A stretch of 64,000 bases of DNA from the NCBI GenBank assembly GCA_040754455.1, contig JBFMCP010000005.1:32001-96000 (forward strand). Reading direction: 5' to 3'. A program made the position numbers and the translations under genes. The stretch is from Nitrospirota bacterium. Its GTDB lineage: Bacteria; Nitrospirota; Thermodesulfovibrionia; Thermodesulfovibrionales; Dissulfurispiraceae. Positions within the stretch are counted from its first letter, which is position 1; each line of letters opens with the position of its first letter. Below the pieces are notes generated by a model. The model did not search any database and was not told where the DNA came from. It saw only the letters and a program-made list of their open reading frames with translations. This document shows, in pieces, positions 58,354 through 64,000 of the stretch.

Positions 58354-61029
58354 CTATGTCGCCCCGCAGCATTTCTTGTGCTTCTTGCCGCTGCCGCAGG
58401 GGCAGGGATCATTCCTCCCTACCTTTTTGTCCTTGTGCACCGGGTGCGGCGTTCCCCCGCCGTCACCCCGGTTGTAGACAAGCGGCTGCCGGGACAGCTC
58501 TCTCTCCCTGACCTCGGCCTCACTCTCATGCTTCACCTGTATCCTGAAGAGCCGCATGAGGACCTCGGAATTGATCCTCTGGGACATCTCGGCAAAGAGA
58601 TCGAATGCCTCCTTTTTGTACTCGACGAGAGGGTCTTTCTGTGCATAGCCTCTCAGACCGATACCTTCTTTAAGATGATCGATGCCGAGGAGATGGTCTT
58701 TCCATTGTGCGTCGATTACCTGGAGAAAAACCACCTTTTCCATGTAGCGCATGACTTCGGCGCCGGCCTCCTGCTCCTTGCGCTCATACAGTTCTTTGGC
58801 GCGTGCGATGATGGCGTCTTCCAATTCGCTGCTGCTCTTCCCGTCAGCAGAAGGCAAGGTGACGGAGAATGTTCCATATACCGCATCCCTGAGCCCGTTC
58901 ATATCCCACTCATCAGAGCTGCTGTTCTCGGGGCAGTAGACAGAGACCAGCATATTCGCTTCATCTTCGATCATTTCGAAAACCCTGTCTTTCAGGGACT
59001 CACCTTCGAGCACCTCGCGCCTGAAGGAGTAGATTTCTTTCCGCTGCTTGTTCATGACATCATCATACTCGAGCAGATGCTTTCGTATATCGAAGTTGTG
59101 CGCCTCCACCCGCTTCTGGGAGTTCTCGATCGCCTTCGAGACCATCTTGTTCTCGATGGGGATATCCTCATCCATCTTCAGAAGGTTCATCAGGCCCGTA
59201 ATCCTGTCCGATCCGAAGATCCGCATCAGGTCATCTTCGAGAGAGAGATAGAACCGCGACGAGCCCGGGTCGCCCTGACGCCCTGAACGGCCGCGCAGCT
59301 GGTTGTCGATGCGTCGCGCTTCGTGGCGCTCGGTACCGATGATATGGAGCCCACCAGCGGCAATGACTTGCTCTCTTTCTTTTGCGCATATTGCCTTTGC
59401 CTGTTCGTAGGCTGCCTTGAAGTCTTCTTCAGTATATTCGGGCTTATCCTTCAGGAGTTCCCGCGCCAGTCCGTCCGGATTGCCGCCGAGGACTATGTCC
59501 GTTCCCCTTCCCGCCATGTTCGTTGCAATGGTGACCGCCCCTACCCTTCCGGTCTGCGCCACGATCTCGGCTTCCTTTTCATGGTACTTGGCGTTGAGCA
59601 CCGAGTGCTTTACCCCCTGCTTTTTGAGGAGATGGCTGAGGACTTCGGATTTCTCGATAGAGGTAGTACCGACAAGCACCGGCTGCCCCCGCTTGTGGGA
59701 TTCCACAATCTCGTTGATGACCGCATTGAACTTTGCCTTTTCGGTCTTATAAATCATATCAGCGTAATCAACCCTGATCATCGGTTTGTTGGTCGGAATA
59801 ACCACCACATCGAGATTGTAGATCTTCGCAAACTCCTCGGCTTCGGTGTCGGCAGTACCGGTCATACCGGCAAGCTTGTTGTACATCCTGAAGTAGTTCT
59901 GGAAGGTGATCGTGGCAAGGGTCTGATTCTCGCTCGCGATCTTCACGCCCTCCTTCGCCTCGATCGCCTGGTGGAGCCCGTCGCTCCACCGTCTGCCCGG
60001 CATGAGCCTTCCGGTAAACTCATCGACAATGATGACCTCGCCGTCCTTCACAACATAATCAACATCCCGCTTGAAGAGGTGGTGGGCGCGCAGCGCCTGG
60101 AGCGCATGATGCACCAGCTCGATGTTCGAGGGATCGTAGAGATTGCTCAGGCCGAGAGATTTCTCGACCTTTGCACTCCCCGATTCGGTAAGGACAACAT
60201 TCTTGAGCTTTTCATCGATTTTGAAATCCTCGTCGATCTTCAGAGAGGGAACGATTTTGTTGATCTTAAAATATTTATCGGTCGACTCCTCCGAAGGCCC
60301 CGAGATAATCAGCGGCGTCCTTGCCTCATCGATGAGGATGCTGTCGACCTCGTCCACAATGGCATAGTTCAATTCCCTCTGGGAATAGTCGTCGAGATCA
60401 TACTTCATGTTATCCCTGAGGTAATCGAAGCCGAACTCGTTGTTCGTACCATAGGTGATATCCGCACGGTATGCTTCTTTTCTTGAGCACGGCCTGAGAT
60501 GATTGTACCGTTTATCGAGGACAATATACGTCGGATCGTAAAGAAACGAGCTGTCGTGCTGTATAACGCCAACGGAAAGTCCAAGGGCATAGTAGAGCGT
60601 ACCCATCCATTGGGCGTCTCTCTTGGCGAGGTAATCGTTGACAGTCACGACATGAACACCCCGTCCGTCGAGGGCATTGAGATAGACCGGCAGTGTCGCA
60701 ACAAGCGTCTTACCCTCACCGGTCTTCATCTCGGCGATCTTGCCCTCGTGGAGCACCATGCCGCCGATGAGCTGGACATCGAAGTGCCGCATGCCGAGCA
60801 CCCGTTTCGACATCTCTCTGGCTACGGCAAAGGCTTCGGGAAGGATCGTGTCCAGGGTCGTCCCCGAGGCCAGTCGGTTCCTGAATTCGTCCGTCTTTGC
60901 CCTGAGCTGATCGTTGCTCAAGGCCTCCATTGAACTCTCCAGCCTGGTGATCTCATCTATTTTATGAAAGAGCCGCTTCAGCTCCCGTTCGTTCTTCGTA
61001 CCGAAGAGTTTCTTTAACACATTGACCAT
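58354..61029 (-). CDS. secA: Preprotein translocase SecA
   Basis: [47 protein letters not shown] and C-terminal [22 protein letters not shown]. Confidence 0.98.
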   Translation of the reverse strand: MVNVLKKLFGTKNERELKRLFHKIDEITRLESSMEALSNDQLRAKTDEFRNRLASGTTLDTILPEAFAVAREMSKRVLGMRHFDVQLIGGMVLHEGKIAEMKTGEGKTLVATLPVYLNALDGRGVHVVTVNDYLAKRDAQWMGTLYYALGLSVGVIQHDSSFLYDPTYIVLDKRYNHLRPCSRKEAYRADITYGTNNEFGFDYLRDNMKYDLDDYSQRELNYAIVDEVDSILIDEARTPLIISGPSEESTDKYFKINKIVPSLKIDEDFKIDEKLKNVVLTESGSAKVEKSLGLSNLYDPSNIELVHHALQALRAHHLFKRDVDYVVKDGEVIIVDEFTGRLMPGRRWSDGLHQAIEAKEGVKIASENQTLATITFQNYFRMYNKLAGMTGTADTEAEEFAKIYNLDVVVIPTNKPMIRVDYADMIYKTEKAKFNAVINEIVESHKRGQPVLVGTTSIEKSEVLSHLLKKQGVKHSVLNAKYHEKEAEIVAQTGRVGAVTIATNMAGRGTDIVLGGNPDGLARELLKDKPEYTEEDFKAAYEQAKAICAKEREQVIAAGGLHIIGTERHEARRIDNQLRGRSGRQGDPGSSRFYLSLEDDLMRIFGSDRITGLMNLLKMDEDIPIENKMVSKAIENSQKRVEAHNFDIRKHLLEYDDVMNKQRKEIYSFRREVLEGESLKDRVFEMIEDEANMLVSVYCPENSSSDEWDMNGLRDAVYGTFSVTLPSADGKSSSELEDAIIARAKELYERKEQEAGAEVMRYMEKVVFLQVIDAQWKDHLLGIDHLKEGIGLRGYAQKDPLVEYKKEAFDLFAEMSQRINSEVLMRLFRIQVKHESEAEVRERELSRQPLVYNRGDGGGTPHPVHKDKKVGRNDPCPCGSGKKHKKCCGAT

Positions 61030-61279
61030 ATACAATATTTCTCCTTATATGCTAACTTTTATACTAACAGCGAGGCACAATTTATGCAAGCAACACGCCG
61101 TCTTAATAGTATAACATCTCAATAAGACAGAGCTATATAGAATTCCGTGGTAAACTTTTTATCCCTTCAGCCGAAAACCCATAGTAGCGGGTTGCACAAA
61201 CCGCTTTCCTTGACAAAAAATCAGGGGGTTTGCTATACCACCCTCACACGCTTAACATCATCGTACCAGGAGTGGCGCA

Positions 61280-62353
61280 ATGGCAAAGATCGATGCGTTT
61301 TTCCAGCTGATGCACGAACAGGGAGCCTCGGACCTGCACATGGTTTCCGGCTCGCAGCCGATTCTCCGTATCCGGGGAGAGATGGAGCGGGTCGAGTACA
61401 AACCTCTCGATAACGATGAATTGAAGGCGATGCTCTACGAGATCGCTCCCGAAGACAAGGTGAAAGTCTTTGAAGAGACCGGTGATGTCGATTTCGGCTA
61501 CGAGATTCCCGGCCTTGCGAGGTATCGTGCCAACTTCTTCATGCAAAAGTATGGAATAGGAGCGGTCTTCAGAGAGATACCGAGCGATATACTCACCATA
61601 GAGCAGCTCGGACTCCCTCCGGTGTGCAAGAAATTCGCCATGCTTCAAAAGGGGCTCGTGCTCGTCACCGGCCCTACCGGAAGCGGTAAATCCACGACCC
61701 TCGCCGCCATCATCGATTATGCCAATAAGATGCGCAAGGATCATATCATCACGGTTGAGGACCCGATAGAGTTCGTTCACAAAAGCCAGGGCTGCATCGT
61801 CAACCACCGTGAGATCGGGACCCATACCAGATCATTTTCCGCTGCCCTCAGGGGCGCCCTCCGCGAAGACCCTGATATCATCTTGGTCGGTGAGATGAGG
61901 GATCTGGAGACCATCCAGCTCGCCCTTGAGGCCGCCTCAACGGGGCATCTCGTCTTCGGCACCCTGCATACGACCAGTGCGCCGAAGACCGTGGACAGAG
62001 TGGTCGACGTCTTCCCGGCAAACCAGCAGGCCCAGATCAGGACTACCCTGGCGGAGTCCCTCAAAGGCGTCATTGCCCAGAATCTCTTCAAGAGGATCGA
62101 TAAAAAAGGCCGCTGCGCGGCTCTCGAGATACTGGTGGTCACGTATGCAGTCTCAAACCTGATTCGGGAATCGAAAACGCACCAACTCCCCTCGGCAATG
62201 CAGACAGGAAAGAAATACGGTATGCAGACCCTCGACGATGCCATCATGGAGCTGCTCATGAAAAAGTGGATAAGCCCCGAGGATGCGTACGACAAGGCGA
62301 TCGATAAACAGAAGTTCGTGCAGTTCCTGAAGGAGCCGCCGCCGGAGTTTTAA
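61280..62353 (+). CDS. pilT: Type IV pilus retraction ATPase PilT
   Basis: GASDLH, GPTGSGKSTT, EDPIEF, LREDPDIILVGEMRD and AVSNLIRE. Confidence 0.93.
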   Translation: MAKIDAFFQLMHEQGASDLHMVSGSQPILRIRGEMERVEYKPLDNDELKAMLYEIAPEDKVKVFEETGDVDFGYEIPGLARYRANFFMQKYGIGAVFREIPSDILTIEQLGLPPVCKKFAMLQKGLVLVTGPTGSGKSTTLAAIIDYANKMRKDHIITVEDPIEFVHKSQGCIVNHREIGTHTRSFSAALRGALREDPDIILVGEMRDLETIQLALEAASTGHLVFGTLHTTSAPKTVDRVVDVFPANQQAQIRTTLAESLKGVIAQNLFKRIDKKGRCAALEILVVTYAVSNLIRESKTHQLPSAMQTGKKYGMQTLDDAIMELLMKKWISPEDAYDKAIDKQKFVQFLKEPPPEF

Positions 62354-62356
62354 ATA

Positions 62357-62415
62357 AGCACTCAGCGCTCAGCAATCAGCTATCAGCATGGAGGGGAAAC
62401 TGAATGCTGACGGCT
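62357..62415. repeat. Heptamer hairpin cassette (TCAGCNN)
   Basis: agcactcagcgctcagcaatcagctatcagc ... ctgaatgctgacggct. Confidence 0.6.
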
Positions 62416-62434
62416 TTAATAAAGGAGATCGATT

Positions 62435-63613
62435 ATGCGCAGAGCGGAATTGGATTACCTGTTAGTCACCATGCTCGACAGCCACGACAATGTTTCAGAC
62501 CTCAATCTCACGGTCGGCAAGCCGCCGCAGGTCGAGTCGGCAGGGCATCTGACACCGGTAACCTTTGCCGAGGTGCCGCTGGAAACCCTTACTCCCTTCC
62601 AGACCGAAATCCTGGCAATGAACCTCATTAATTCCGACCGCCGCCTTACCGAGACCCTGATCAGGGAGGGGTCCTGCGACCTTTCCTATTCGCTCCCTGA
62701 AAAGGCCCGGTTCAGAGTGAACGTCTTCTCACAGCGGGGCTCCTACTCCATTGTATTAAGAAAGCTATCAACGGTCATTCCTACTCTCGCCGACCTACGA
62801 GTGCCTGAAGTACTGGGCCAGATTGCAGAGGAAAAGAACGGCCTGGTGCTCGTAACCGGAGCAACGGGAAGCGGTAAGTCATCCACACTCGCAGCCGTCC
62901 TCAGGCTTATCAACGAGAACAAGGCAGTTCATGTCATTACACTCGAAGATCCCGTTGAGTTCGCCCATCCCCATCAGAAGGCAACTTTCAACCAGCGGGA
63001 AATGGGCATCGACTTCGATACTTTTGCCAACGGCCTTCGGGCAGCCCTCCGTCAGGCACCGAAGGTGATTCTCGTCGGCGAGATGAGAGACCGCGAAACC
63101 GTCGAGATAGGCTTGTCCGCTGCAGAGACAGGACACCTCGTCCTTTCAACGCTCCATACGATCGATGCAGGGCAGACGATCAGCAGGATCGTCGGCATGT
63201 TCGAGCAGGAGGAGGAGAAGCAGATCAGGAGCCGGCTCGCCGATACCATCCGATGGGTCGTAAGCCAGCGGTTGCTGCCGAAGGTCGGCGGCGGGAGAAT
63301 CGCCGTTGTCGAGATCATGAAAACCAACCTCAGAGTGAAAGAGTCCATTCTCAACGGTGAAACGGAAGGAAAAACGTTCTATGAGATCATCGAGGCGGGA
63401 GAGGCCTTCGGCATGCAGACCTTTGATAAGGCAATCATCAAGCTCTATCAGGAGGGCCTGATCACCGAGGAGACCGCACTGGCCTATGCCTCCAAAAAGC
63501 CCATCGTCGGCAGGGGCATCGATATGTTCAAGAGCGCCAAAGGTGAAAAGACCACGACGATAGAAGGTTTGAGGATGGACAAAACCTACGATACGAAACT
63601 AAAGATGAAGTAG
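62435..63613 (+). CDS. PilT/PilU family ATPase (second paralog)
   Basis: GATGSGKSST, EDPVEF, LRQAPKVILVGEMRD and GMQTFD. Confidence 0.9.
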   Translation: MRRAELDYLLVTMLDSHDNVSDLNLTVGKPPQVESAGHLTPVTFAEVPLETLTPFQTEILAMNLINSDRRLTETLIREGSCDLSYSLPEKARFRVNVFSQRGSYSIVLRKLSTVIPTLADLRVPEVLGQIAEEKNGLVLVTGATGSGKSSTLAAVLRLINENKAVHVITLEDPVEFAHPHQKATFNQREMGIDFDTFANGLRAALRQAPKVILVGEMRDRETVEIGLSAAETGHLVLSTLHTIDAGQTISRIVGMFEQEEEKQIRSRLADTIRWVVSQRLLPKVGGGRIAVVEIMKTNLRVKESILNGETEGKTFYEIIEAGEAFGMQTFDKAIIKLYQEGLITEETALAYASKKPIVGRGIDMFKSAKGEKTTTIEGLRMDKTYDTKLKMK

Positions 63614-63627
63614 CGGGGAGGACACTC

Positions 63628-64000
63628 ATGGATATGCATATTGCACATACAGAAGAGTACGAAGAGGAATTGAAAAGTGCGCTCATCTGCGAAGAGAGCG
63701 CCGAAAACAGAAATACCATTACCGCTGCCCTGGAGAGCATGGGCTACAGGACTGAAAGCGCAACGAACGCTGATGAGACCCTCGAAAAACTGAAATTCAA
63801 TCAATACAGTGTCATTATCCTGAATGAGAGCTTCGGCGGCGCCCCTGAGAGCAATACGGTGTACAAGCATCTGCAGTTCATGCCCATGGGCATCCGACGT
63901 CATCTCTTTCTTGCTCTGGTGGGCCAGGACCTTAAGACCCAGGACCACATGACCGCGTTCGCCAAAAGTGCCAATCTGGTAATCAATGAAAGGGATCTGC
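63628..64000 (+). CDS. Receiver-like domain protein, partial (runs off the window)
   Basis: Open frame MDMHIAH...SALICEES...MGY...YSVIILNESFGG...MPMGIRR; GGAGG SD. Confidence 0.65.
   Translation, partial: MDMHIAHTEEYEEELKSALICEESAENRNTITAALESMGYRTESATNADETLEKLKFNQYSVIILNESFGGAPESNTVYKHLQFMPMGIRRHLFLALVGQDLKTQDHMTAFAKSANLVINERDL

Overview
Gene-dense 64 kb chromosomal segment of an anaerobic Gram-negative bacterium. Gene content and order suggest Nitrospirota (Thermodesulfovibrionia-like) or Desulfobacterota; this is inference, not determined. Housekeeping blocks are fabG-acpP-fabF-rnc, yajQ, argS, folP, ftsH, rph, murI, an amidase, secA and a pilT pair. A ~20 kb co-oriented respiratory island (10946-30836, minus strand) holds HdrCBA-MvhDGA plus protease, a Hyb-type (hybOABCD) uptake hydrogenase, and an octaheme nitrite reductase-tetraheme cytochrome-napADGH operon, which converges on a heme-c sensor kinase/OmpR pair. 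Also present are a double feo/fur iron locus, two Zn dehydrogenases with a methylsulfurylase-like cupin, and a TRAP-IOR-PaaK cluster. The most striking signal is the first gene of the Hdr/Mvh operon, a MerR-type HTH fused in frame to HdrC. Its TTGACA promoter carries a 19-bp dyad between -35 and -10, and the dyad core (TGTTA-N-TAACA) recurs at the hyb promoter. Many hairpin cassettes of degenerate ~7-mer repeats are dispersed through the window, some within proteins. No rRNA, tRNA, CRISPR or transposase was recognised. All product calls come from motif recognition by eye; no database searches were run.
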